Positions 49,532-58,464 of a DNA stretch of 64,000 nt are shown in pieces. The notes beneath the pieces were generated by a model. That model did no database searches, was not told where the DNA came from, and worked only from the letters and a program-made list of their open reading frames with translations. Position numbers and translations under genes: made by a program. The first letter of the stretch is position 1; each line of letters opens with the position of its first letter. This DNA is from Phycisphaerae bacterium (GTDB lineage: Bacteria > Planctomycetota > Phycisphaerae > SM23-33): assembly GCA_018335035.1 (NCBI GenBank), contig JAGXKT010000003.1, positions 14,623 through 78,622 on the forward strand. The letters are read 5' to 3'.

Positions 49532-51574
49532 TTAGAAGTCGCCCGGTGGGACCGGCTGCGGAACCTCCCGCTCCATTCTGCGGCGCTCCCATTTGCGGCG
49601 TTCGTAGGCCCAGGCGTCGGCGAAGGCCTGTACGATCTGGGCAATCGGCTCCCGCGGCGCGTGGAGGCGCAGGCCCAGATCGCCCTCGTCCGCCCAGGCC
49701 GCGGCCAGGATCGGCACGCGCGTGGTCAGTTTGAGCGGCGGCATGTCGGCATCCTCATCCACCGAGTCGATGACGCTCTTGATCAAGTCCCAGTACCCGC
49801 CGACATCGGCCGCGGCGACCAGCACGCGATGCTCAGGCAGGTCGCTGACGGCGTCTTGAAGCGCCTTGGGCCGCGCCACCCGGATGTCGGCTCGCGCCGC
49901 GGCGGCAACCTGCTCGGCAAAGCCCGTCTCGCCGCCGACCGCCAGCACGAGCGTGTTCGCGTCCACCGGAACGACGGGGAACTCCAGCGGTTTTGTCCCC
50001 AGAATCGCCCGCAGGATTCGTCGTTCCTCGGCGCTCATGTCGTCCAGTTCCGCGAATTTCATGCGGATTACGTCCGCGGCTTCGCCCTCGCCGCGGACGT
50101 AGTGAAACTGCGGCGCCTCGTCCGCATCCGGCGCCAGTCGCATCAGCTCGCTGGTCGTATCGCACAGCGCCGCCAGGGCGTCGCGCATCGCCTCGGCAGA
50201 CTCACACTCCATCACAACCGCTGCGCCAAGCTTGCCTTCCATCGCGGTCCGGGCGCCCACCCACAGGCGTGTGCTGCGGAGCTGCGTGTAGACCGCCGCC
50301 ATGGCATCCGTGTGCCGCCGCCGAAGGCCCGCCGGCATCTCGACGGGGACGACATCCAACTGCGCGGCCAGGAGAGCCCGCAGTTCCTTCGGCGCCGCGC
50401 GGTAGAGGTTAACGCCGCCGGCGATGACGGCATGACGCGCCGCCGGTAGGCGCCGGATGAGCTTCGCAGCGCCGTCCTGCTTCGTCGCGGCCAGGCCCTT
50501 GTCCAACAAACTGCCCTTTCCGCAGTCGAGTACGCCGTCGACACGAACGCCTTCGGCGTCGATGCCTACGCCGGCGCAAATCGTGGCGTCGCCCCCCCAG
50601 TACAAATCCAACAGCGGCGAAAGCTTCGGCGGCTTGGGCGGATGCGTGACGTCGCCGTGGCGGTCATCCGCGCCGTCGGCGTCGAGACCGTCGGCACGGG
50701 CAGGCCTGCTCCCGCCGGCCGGACCCGTCGCCGGACGCGTCGTCGTGCGCGCGGGCCCTGTCGTGGCCATGGGCGGCGCGTCCGCCACGACGCCCCTCTG
50801 CATCTGGATCGTGCTCATCAGGATCTTGTCGAAGAACGCGCCGACAAAGTCCAGCCGCCCCCAGGCCGCGAAGGCCTCGGCCTCCAGCATCGCCAGATCG
50901 CGCGCAGACAGATTGCTCAGCACATTCGGCGCCTCGGCCCGTAGCGCCTTGGCCGTCTTCAGCGACGGGGCGACGATGACATGCTTGTCCGACTGCCAGG
51001 CGAAGGCATCGTCGCCCTGTACGTACAGTCCCTCGACGTCCTCATGCGCGATCCACCCCTCTCCCAGCGTCGCGCCGATCCCCTTGCCGGGCACCACGGC
51101 CGCGAAGCTCACCGGCGGCGGTATCGGCAGAATAAAGCGCATCGGCCCGGCCGGCGCCATGCCGTATTTCTCGGCCGGCAACAGCATGATACCAACGGCC
51201 TGATCGGGATTGAGCCCCGGCCCGGCGGCTTCCTGAATCCGGCTCAGCAGCGGCACCCACGGCTCGGGCGGCTCGTCGAGCGTAGTGGGCCGAACCGCCT
51301 GCACGAAGGCATCCACGCCTTCCAGCGCCTCGCGCATGTTGCCCGCCATGACCAACGCCACCGCATCGGCCGGCACGTGCTTCAGCAGCTCCCGCGCGTG
51401 GCGCTCGGCCGGTTTCGCCCCGGTGGCGTTGTCTTGCTGACCGGCGTCGGCCTGGGCATGTTGCTGCGGCTGGGCGCCCCCGGCAACGTCCTGCTGTGCT
51501 GCGCTGTCGAGGTATACCAGCCCGAAGCCGGCCAGCGCCGCCAACGCGATTGAACAATATCGGCCCGTTTTCAT
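49532..51574 (-). CDS. exported hypothetical protein
   Basis: AAAGGG SD, signal peptide [14 protein letters not shown], 'LLKHVPADA', T/P-rich linker. The 5' extension of the listed ORF is antisense to asnS. Confidence 0.75.
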   Translation of the reverse strand: MKTGRYCSIALAALAGFGLVYLDSAAQQDVAGGAQPQQHAQADAGQQDNATGAKPAERHARELLKHVPADAVALVMAGNMREALEGVDAFVQAVRPTTLDEPPEPWVPLLSRIQEAAGPGLNPDQAVGIMLLPAEKYGMAPAGPMRFILPIPPPVSFAAVVPGKGIGATLGEGWIAHEDVEGLYVQGDDAFAWQSDKHVIVAPSLKTAKALRAEAPNVLSNLSARDLAMLEAEAFAAWGRLDFVGAFFDKILMSTIQMQRGVVADAPPMATTGPARTTTRPATGPAGGSRPARADGLDADGADDRHGDVTHPPKPPKLSPLLDLYWGGDATICAGVGIDAEGVRVDGVLDCGKGSLLDKGLAATKQDGAAKLIRRLPAARHAVIAGGVNLYRAAPKELRALLAAQLDVVPVEMPAGLRRRHTDAMAAVYTQLRSTRLWVGARTAMEGKLGAAVVMECESAEAMRDALAALCDTTSELMRLAPDADEAPQFHYVRGEGEAADVIRMKFAELDDMSAEERRILRAILGTKPLEFPVVPVDANTLVLAVGGETGFAEQVAAAARADIRVARPKALQDAVSDLPEHRVLVAAADVGGYWDLIKSVIDSVDEDADMPPLKLTTRVPILAAAWADEGDLGLRLHAPREPIAQIVQAFADAWAYERRKWERRRMEREVPQPVPPGDF

Positions 51575-51712
51575 ATGGATGCCCTTTCTCTGAAACGCGC
51601 GGCGCGCTTGCGTCCGCCGCACCGAGGCGCGACTATACTCTCCGCCGCGAAGGGGAGCAAGGAACGACTCTCGCCCCATTCCGCGCGACGGGCGGCGAGG
51701 CAGGAGACTGTG

Positions 51713-53125
51713 ATGGACCGCATGGACATCCGAGACGCATTGGCGAGCGAGCCCGACGAGCGCGAGATCACCGTCGCCGGGTGGGTCCGCACGCTGCGAA
51801 CCAGCAAGGGGGGCTTCAGCTTCATCGCGCTGAACGACGGCTCCTGCAGTCAGACGCTGCAAATCGTCGCCGACAACACGCTGGGAAACTACGACGACGA
51901 GATCGTCCACCTCACGGCCGGGGCCGCTGTCGCCGCGACGGGACCGCTCGTCGAAAGCCGCGGGCGAGGCCAGCGCGTCGAGATGCAGGCCCGCGCGGTC
52001 CGCCTGCTGGGCCCGGCCGACCCCGAGACCTACCCCATCCAGCCCAAGCGGCATTCCTTCGAGTACCTCCGAACGCAGGCCCACCTGCGTCCGCGAACGC
52101 GGACCTTCGCCGCCGTCGCCCGCGTCCGCAACGCCCTGTCCGCCGCGGTTCACGACTTCTTCCAGTCCCGCGGGTTCCTGTGGGTGCACACGCCGATCAT
52201 CACGGCCAGCGACTGCGAAGGCGCCGGCGCGCTGTTCGGCGTGACCGCCCTGGACCCCGACGCGCCCCCGCGCGACGCGTCCGGGCATGTCGACTTCGCG
52301 CAGGACTTCTTCGCCCGGCGTACGTACCTCACCGTCTCCGGACAGCTCGAGGCGGAGGCCTACGCCTGCGCAATGGGCAAGGTCTATACCTTCGGGCCGA
52401 CCTTCCGCGCCGAGAATTCCAACACGCCGCGCCACCTGGCCGAGTTCTGGATGGTCGAGCCGGAGGTGGCGTTCTGCGACCTCGGCGAGATCTGCGACCT
52501 CGCCGAGCAGTTCTGCCGGGCGATCATCTCGGCCGTGCTGGATCGCTGCGGCGACGACCTGGCCCTGTTCGACGAACGGGCGCCCGGTCTTGTCGACCGC
52601 CTCCGCCACGTCGCCGACAGCGACTTCGCGCGGATCACGTACAGCGAGGCGGTGGACATCCTCCAGGCCGCCGGGCGACGGTGGGACTACCCGCCCCGCT
52701 GGGGCGCCGACCTGCAAACCGAGCACGAGCGCTACCTTACCGAGGAGCACTTCGCCCAACCGGTGGTGGTGACGCACTACCCGGCCGCGATCAAACCGTT
52801 CTACATGCGCCTCAACGACGCCGACCGCGCCGGGCCCGGCGGCGAGCCGACCGTGGCGGCGATGGACGTGCTGCTACCGGGCGTCGGTGAGTTGATCGGC
52901 GGCTCGCAACGCGAGGAACGGCTGGACGCGCTGGCCGGGCGCATGCGCGAGATGGGCATGAACCCGGACGACTCGTGGTGGTACCTGGACCTGCGCCGCT
53001 ACGGCACGTGCCCGCATGCCGGGTTCGGGCTGGGCTTCGAGCGGGCGGTGCAGTTCGTCACCGGCTTGGACAACATCCGCGACGCGATCGGCTTCCCCCG
53101 CACGCCGCGAAACGCGGAGTTCTAG
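51713..53125 (+). CDS. asnS: asparagine--tRNA ligase
   Basis: [55 protein letters not shown]. Confidence 0.97.
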   Translation: MDRMDIRDALASEPDEREITVAGWVRTLRTSKGGFSFIALNDGSCSQTLQIVADNTLGNYDDEIVHLTAGAAVAATGPLVESRGRGQRVEMQARAVRLLGPADPETYPIQPKRHSFEYLRTQAHLRPRTRTFAAVARVRNALSAAVHDFFQSRGFLWVHTPIITASDCEGAGALFGVTALDPDAPPRDASGHVDFAQDFFARRTYLTVSGQLEAEAYACAMGKVYTFGPTFRAENSNTPRHLAEFWMVEPEVAFCDLGEICDLAEQFCRAIISAVLDRCGDDLALFDERAPGLVDRLRHVADSDFARITYSEAVDILQAAGRRWDYPPRWGADLQTEHERYLTEEHFAQPVVVTHYPAAIKPFYMRLNDADRAGPGGEPTVAAMDVLLPGVGELIGGSQREERLDALAGRMREMGMNPDDSWWYLDLRRYGTCPHAGFGLGFERAVQFVTGLDNIRDAIGFPRTPRNAEF

Positions 53126-53138
53126 AACGGCAGCAGCA

Positions 53139-53355
53139 TCACCACAGAGGCCGCGGAGAGCGCAGAGGACAATACATCGGCCGACGAGTTCCCCGCGTGA
53201 CGCACGCCGCGTCGCTGACGGCGAAAGCGCGGTGCCATGGTGCGGCCGTGCGTTGCACGCACGAAGAGCCCTGCTGCCCCGGCTGTGACCGACGTGGCTG
53301 GCTCCGCGCGGCAAGCTACGGCACCTGCCCTGAGCGAGCGAAGCGCGTCGAAGGC
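53139..53355. repeat. mosaic of repeat remnants between asnS and the PHP gene
   Basis: TCACCACAGAGGCCGCGGAGAGCGCAGAG (same family as the carB 32550 arm), GTGCGTTGCACGCAC palindrome, CCCTGAGCGAGCGAAGCGCGTCGAAGG. Confidence 0.55.
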
Positions 53356-53385
53356 AGCGCAGCGAAGGGCTGCTATACTGTCGCC

Positions 53386-53997
53386 ATGAAGATTGAGCTT
53401 CACCTGCATACGACGCGCTACAGCCCCTGCGCCCGGGCAACACCGGAACAGATGATGCAGCGCCTCGTCGCGGCCGGCTACGAGGCCGTCTACATCACCG
53501 AGCACGACGCCGTCTGGCGCGCCGACGAACTGGCCGAACTCGGCGAGAAATTCCCGTCACTGCGGATCTTCGGCGGCGTGGAACTGACCATCGGCGCCCA
53601 TCACCTGCTGGTGCTCGGGACGAGCGACCCGACGTATCTGGACTTGCATGAAGAGTCGGCCGTGCTGGACAAGGCCCGCGCGGCCGGGCATTTGACGATC
53701 CTGGCTCATCCGTTCCGCTGGGATGGCGGCGCCGGGATGCTGGAGATCGGCATGCGCCCCGACGCGCTGGAGGCCCGGACGAACAACCACGACGAGCCGG
53801 CGGCGCAACGGGCCCGCCGCGTCGCGAGCGAGCTGGGGCTGAAGGTCGTCAACAGTTCCGACGCCCACGACGTCGACGCGCTGGACAAGTTCTGGGTCGA
53901 AACTGCCGCGCCGATCACCGCCGCCGAGGACATCCGCGACGTGATCCTCAACGGTGCCTACGAGCTGCAGCCGCAGCCGGCTGCCCCCAAGCAGTAG
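53386..53997 (+). CDS. PHP domain metallophosphoesterase
   Basis: HLHT, ITEHD, GVEL, AHPFR, SSDAH. Confidence 0.9.
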   Translation: MKIELHLHTTRYSPCARATPEQMMQRLVAAGYEAVYITEHDAVWRADELAELGEKFPSLRIFGGVELTIGAHHLLVLGTSDPTYLDLHEESAVLDKARAAGHLTILAHPFRWDGGAGMLEIGMRPDALEARTNNHDEPAAQRARRVASELGLKVVNSSDAHDVDALDKFWVETAAPITAAEDIRDVILNGAYELQPQPAAPKQ

Positions 53998-54020
53998 CCG
54001 GTCGTCCGTGGTCGCGCATG

Positions 54021-54054
54021 CAAAAACGGCGCCGCGCGGGCCGCCTCTTTTTTG
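54021..54054 (+). terminator. intrinsic terminator (possibly bidirectional)
   Basis: AAAAAC-GGCG-CCGCGCGGG-CCGCC-TCTTTTTT. Confidence 0.5.
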
Positions 54055-54199
54055 GCGGGGTCGACGGGCGGACGCATGATTCCTGCCGACGCGGGTTGTT
54101 GCACGTTGGGGTCGGACAGATTACGGGGGACAACGACTGCGCATTCGCCCCGAAGCCAGTGGGTGGGGCAGCATTGCAAGCTCGGCCTGGCCGGGGCCG

Positions 54200-54371
54200 C
54201 AGCAGCCGCGAGACGCAACTTGCCGGCGAATTTCCGGCGCACGTCGCGGCCAAGTGGATCGGCAACAGCGTTCAAGTCGCGGCGAAGCATTACCTGCACG
54301 TGACCGATGAGCACTTCGAAAAAGCGGTGCAGAATCCGGTGCAGCATCCCGTGCGCCGTACGGTGCAGTCG
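54200..54371 (+). pseudogene. tyrosine integrase C-terminal remnant
   Basis: SRETQLAGEFPAHVAAKWIGNSVQVAAKHYLHVTDEHFEKA (box II W-GNS...HY); the N-terminal part is missing. Confidence 0.75.
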
Positions 54372-54477
54372 ATTGCAGGCAAAACACCGACCCATGCAAG
54401 CACCCCCGCAAACGGGGGCGAATGCAACGAAATGCAGGGGATGGAAGCTTTCTGCAAGTCTAGTAATAACAAGGGTA

Positions 54478-54551
54478 TGGGCCGTACTGGACTCGAACCA
54501 GTGACCTTGCGGGTGTGATCCGCACGCTCTAGCCAACTGAGCTAACGGCCC
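54478..54551 (-). tRNA. tRNA-Val(CAC)
   Basis: GGGCCGTTAGCTCAGTTGGCTAGAGCG-TGCGG-ATCACAC-CCGCA-AGGTCACTGGTTCGAGTCCAGTACGGCCCA. Confidence 0.96.
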
Positions 54552-54561
54552 GGTGGTATGC

Positions 54562-54589
54562 ATTATACGTCGGCGGCGAGGCGATGCAA
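54562..54589 (-). promoter_or_regulatory. tRNA-Val promoter overlapping the rluD stop codon
   Basis: TTGCAT-N16-TATAAT on the minus strand. Confidence 0.55.
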
Positions 54590-55723
54590 CGCCTCGAGCG
54601 TGTCGGTGAAATCGTCCGGCAGCGGCGCGTCGACCGTGAGGCGCCGCCCCGTCCGCGGGTGGTCGAAGGCGATGGTTCGCGCGTGCAGCGCCTGGCGGGT
54701 GATGAGCGGGCCTTCGGCGCGGTCGCCGCGGCCTTCGAGCTGGCTGCGATAGACCGGCCCGCCGCCATAGGTCTTGTCGCCGACGATCGGGTGGCCCAGG
54801 TAGCTCATATGCACGCGGAGCTGGTGCGTCCGCCCGGTTTTCGGCGACAGCTCGACCAGCGTGAAGGCCGCCCCGCTGGCGCCGACGCCGGCGATGCGGT
54901 CCACCACGCGGTAGCCCGTCACGGCGGATTTGGTCGTGGCCGCCATCGGCCGGCCCGTGCGGCGGTCCACGGCGTACTTGTGCCTGATCTTCGGATGCTT
55001 TCCGATGGGCACGTCGATGACGTCGGCGTCGCGATCGAGCAGCCCGTGGACGATGGCGTTGTAGGTCTTCGAGACGCGACGGTGCTCGAACTGCCGCCCC
55101 AGCCGCCACAGCGCCAGTTCCGTCTTGGCGACGAGCAGGATGCCCGTCGTGTCGCGGTCGAGGCGGTGGACGATGCCCGGGCGGAACACCTCGCCGCCCC
55201 GCAGCGGCAGGTCCCTGATCGAGCCGCGCCGTCGGCGCGGGGCCTCCGCGCGGTCGCCCTCGCGCCAGCGCATCTGGAAGTAGTAGGCCAGCGCGTTGAC
55301 CAGCGTCCCCGTCCAGTTCCCGCGGGCCGGATGGACGATCAGGTCCGCCTGCTTGTTGACGCCGAGCACGTCCTCGTCCTCGTAGACCACGTCCAGCGGG
55401 ATCGGCTCGGGCGGGATTTCCTGCGGGCGGTCGGGCGGCAGCATCAGATCGATGTCGTCATCGGTGCGGATCTTGTAGCTGGGCTTGGCCGGACGCCCGT
55501 TGACGGTGACGTAGCCCTCACGGATGTACTGCTGAAGCGCGTTGCGGCTGATGCGTTTTCCGAGGCGCCCGGCGAGATACTTGTCCAGCCGGCGGTCGGG
55601 CAGGGCGCGGCGGATGTTGATGTGGAGATGCTCCAGCCCGTCGGCGTCGGCGGCCTGAGGCGTTTCGACGGGCTCCAGGCCGTTGCCGTTTGGCTGTGCC
55701 GCATTGTGGCGCTTGGGAGCCAT
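54563..55723 (-). CDS. rluD: RluA/RluD family 23S rRNA pseudouridine synthase
   Basis: S4 domain (RLDKYLA), NKQADLIVHP, GIVHRLDRDTTG, TGRTHQLRVH, HPIVGD..YG, QALHA. Confidence 0.9.
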   Translation of the reverse strand: MAPKRHNAAQPNGNGLEPVETPQAADADGLEHLHINIRRALPDRRLDKYLAGRLGKRISRNALQQYIREGYVTVNGRPAKPSYKIRTDDDIDLMLPPDRPQEIPPEPIPLDVVYEDEDVLGVNKQADLIVHPARGNWTGTLVNALAYYFQMRWREGDRAEAPRRRRGSIRDLPLRGGEVFRPGIVHRLDRDTTGILLVAKTELALWRLGRQFEHRRVSKTYNAIVHGLLDRDADVIDVPIGKHPKIRHKYAVDRRTGRPMAATTKSAVTGYRVVDRIAGVGASGAAFTLVELSPKTGRTHQLRVHMSYLGHPIVGDKTYGGGPVYRSQLEGRGDRAEGPLITRQALHARTIAFDHPRTGRRLTVDAPLPDDFTDTLEALHRLAADV

Positions 55724-55826
55724 TGGGTTGCACGCCGTCGCGATTTCGGCCGCCGGGAATAGACCTCGGGCCGGCACGCGCGACGGCGCGCCGGCCCGGT
55801 GGCAATGCTGCGGTCGTCGCCGTGCG

Positions 55827-56459
55827 CTACGCGGCGCCGATCAGTTCCTTGGTCACGTCGGTCGCGCTGGCGGCATCGGCGGCGTATGCGTCGGCGCCGA
55901 TCTCCTCGGCGAACTCCTGCGTGACCGGCGCGCCGCCGATGATGGTCTTGACCTCTACGCCGGCGTCCTTCAGTGCCTTGACGACCTCGGTCATCTGCGG
56001 CATCGTCGTCGTCAGCAGCGCGCTCATCGCACAGACGGCGGCGCCTTCCTTCTGGCAGGACTCGACGAACTTCTCGGCCGGGACGTCGGTGCCGATGTCC
56101 ACGACGTTGAGCCCGCCGCCGGAGAGCATCATGCCGACGAGATTCTTGCCGATGTCATGCAGATCGCCCTTGACCGTCCCGAGCACGACCGTGGCGAGGG
56201 GCTCGACGCCGGCTTCTTCCAGCGCCGGCTTGAGTACGTCCATGCCGCCGTGCATCGCGCGGGCGGCGATGAGCACCTCGGGCACGTAGACTTCGTTGGC
56301 CTTGAAGCGCTTGCCGACCACGCTCATGCCCGCGATGAGCCCGTCGTTGAGAACCTGCTGCGGCCCCACGCCCGCGTCGAGGGCCTTCCTGGTCAGCTCC
56401 GCAACGCCGTCGCGATCACCCTTGATCAGGGCCTCTGCTAATGCTTCCAAATCTGCCAT
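55827..56459 (-). CDS. corrinoid (B12-binding) protein, MtbC/MetH-cap type
   Basis: GLIAGM..VG..F....YVPEVL, GDLHDIGKNLV (DxHxxG), SALLTTT, GGAPVT. Confidence 0.93.
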   Translation of the reverse strand: MADLEALAEALIKGDRDGVAELTRKALDAGVGPQQVLNDGLIAGMSVVGKRFKANEVYVPEVLIAARAMHGGMDVLKPALEEAGVEPLATVVLGTVKGDLHDIGKNLVGMMLSGGGLNVVDIGTDVPAEKFVESCQKEGAAVCAMSALLTTTMPQMTEVVKALKDAGVEVKTIIGGAPVTQEFAEEIGADAYAADAASATDVTKELIGAA

Positions 56460-56588
56460 GCCGGTTCATCTCCTGTGGCTTGCCTGCAATGTCATCCGGG
56501 CGCCTCCCGACGCGCCCTGCTGTGGGAACAGTAGCACACTACGATAGCGTCAAGGCGCCAAATGTAAACATCCGCGAGAAAAAAAGGG

Positions 56589-57308
56589 CTATTCCGCGTC
56601 CTGCGCCTCGGCCGGACGCGTGGCGGCGCTGCCAGTCGCCGCAGGGCTCGGGCGCGTGGCCGGGCCTGTCGTCGGGCGCGTCGCCGTCCTTGTGGTGGGC
56701 TTGCGGGCAACCATGGTGATCTCGACGGCAGCATCATCCAGCCCGGCGGCGGCCTCTTCGGCCATCGCCGCCACGGCCGTGCCCGCCAGCGCCGCATCGC
56801 CCGTCACCTGTTCGTAAAAGTCGGCGGCCGCCTGCGCCTCGCCGCGGGCCTCGGCCAGGCATCCCAGCCCGTAGCGGGCCTGTCCGGCCGCCACGGTGCG
56901 ATCGCCGTATTGGCTCAGGACGCGCCGGTAGTACCGTTGGGCCGCGGCATCGGCGTCGGGCGCATCGTCCGCCCGTCCCCGGCGGCGGTATGCGTCGCCC
57001 ACCTTCACACACGCCAGCGCCGCGATGCGTTCGTCGTCGTCCTGCTCGGCGAGTTCCTGCATCTTCGCCAGCCACGTCGCGTCGCGACTGGCGACGGGTC
57101 GGACCAGCAGCCCGTCAAATCGCTGTTGCAGCTCGGCATGCCGCCTGCGGTAATTCTGAACGAACAGCATCGTCACCGCGACCACCAGCGCGACGGCAAG
57201 CACGATCCAGGAGATCTTGCGCCCGTGTTGCTTGAGATAGGCGCGCCCGTCGCGGACGGCGCGCGTCAGTGAGTTTTCCCTCAATTCATGGCGTCGATCA
57301 GCTTTCAT
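56589..57308 (-). CDS. membrane-anchored TPR protein (YfgM-like)
   Basis: MKADRRHELRENSL, single TM, TPRs, T/R/P-rich tail. Confidence 0.7.
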   Translation of the reverse strand: MKADRRHELRENSLTRAVRDGRAYLKQHGRKISWIVLAVALVVAVTMLFVQNYRRRHAELQQRFDGLLVRPVASRDATWLAKMQELAEQDDDERIAALACVKVGDAYRRRGRADDAPDADAAAQRYYRRVLSQYGDRTVAAGQARYGLGCLAEARGEAQAAADFYEQVTGDAALAGTAVAAMAEEAAAGLDDAAVEITMVARKPTTRTATRPTTGPATRPSPAATGSAATRPAEAQDAE

Positions 57309-57317
57309 GCCTCAGTC

Positions 57318-57821
57318 TCAAGACGGCGGGGTTGCGGCGTCGGCCTCCATGGGGCGGTTCGGCCAGATCAGCACGCTGATCTCGGCCGTGCCCCAGAATT
57401 CACTATCGGTAATCGTTACCCGGCATCGCTCACCGGGCTTCTCGAAGTCCAGCATCACGCGTCCCTGGGCGAAGATCGACGTGGACTTCACCCAGCGGTT
57501 GACCGGCATGTACCGCTCGTAGAACCGCTTGAGGGTGAACTTGTCACCCCGCCCGCGGTACACGTGGTCGACGAACCGCGTGCCGGCCACGGCGTAGTTG
57601 CGGCTCTGGGACTCCTCCAGCTTGAAGTCCATCGGAACCGGCGCATCGCCGATCGGCGGCTGAAGCTGCGGCGCCGGCGTCGCGGCGCCGGTGGCGGGCG
57701 CCGGCGCGTCCTGCCCGCCCGTCGTCACGGATCCGCCCCCGGAGTCGCCGTCGAACCACCCGCAGCCGGCCGGAACCACGCAGCCCGCCGCAAGTACGAT
57801 CATCGCATATCGCCGAAGCAT
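57318..57821 (-). CDS. hypothetical lipoprotein
   Basis: GGAGG SD, lipobox PAGC, DAPVPMDF motif. Confidence 0.7.
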   Translation of the reverse strand: MLRRYAMIVLAAGCVVPAGCGWFDGDSGGGSVTTGGQDAPAPATGAATPAPQLQPPIGDAPVPMDFKLEESQSRNYAVAGTRFVDHVYRGRGDKFTLKRFYERYMPVNRWVKSTSIFAQGRVMLDFEKPGERCRVTITDSEFWGTAEISVLIWPNRPMEADAATPPS

Positions 57822-58080
57822 CTCGACCTCCCTGCCGGCATCGGCCTTGTCCGCCCGGCCGCCGCGCGTCGCGGCCGAGACGCCTAGTTACGCCCAGGGC
57901 GCCGACTTGTCAAGTCGCAGATCGCGCCGCCGGCGCCGTAGACGATATCGGCCAGGCCGCAACCGCCGCAACAACGTATTCGCCCGCTGTTTTCTGTTGC
58001 CCGCGGGCGTCGGCATCCGTAGGGTGTGACCGCGCCGCACCGGGCGGGTTGCCGGCGCGGGATTCCGCAGGAGCTCGTGT

Positions 58081-58419
58081 ATGGTCGTCGTACTGAACCT
58101 GTTCGACATCATCCCCGGCCGCGAGGAAACCTACGCGCGGTATCTCCGTCGCGTTCAGCCGATCCTCGATCGCTACGGCGCCCGCGTGCTGCTGTACGGG
58201 CGAACGCGGATGCTTTACTTCGGCGATGCCCGCCAGGAATACTGCGGGCTGATCGCCTACGAGTCGCTGGGCGACCTGCGGCGACTGTCGCACGATCCGG
58301 ACTTCGTGGCGATCCGCCCCCTGCGCGACGAGTCCACCACGAACTACGTGCTGACGGCCATCGAGAGCTTCGAGAGTATGGGCGCCGCGGCCGAGTTCCT
58401 TGAAAACGGCGGCGACTGA
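58081..58419 (+). CDS. DUF1330 family dimeric alpha+beta barrel protein
   Basis: YARY...V.PIL.RYGAR, DPDF..I.PLR. Confidence 0.75.
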   Translation: MVVVLNLFDIIPGREETYARYLRRVQPILDRYGARVLLYGRTRMLYFGDARQEYCGLIAYESLGDLRRLSHDPDFVAIRPLRDESTTNYVLTAIESFESMGAAAEFLENGGD

Positions 58420-58464
58420 GCCGTCGACGCTCCGGCGCCGTTGGCCGCCCATGCCCGAACCGCC

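Noticed and set aside
56460-56588. Cobalamin riboswitch upstream of the corrinoid gene
   Set aside because: The gap is short and lacks a recognisable B12-box or GCCACTG core.
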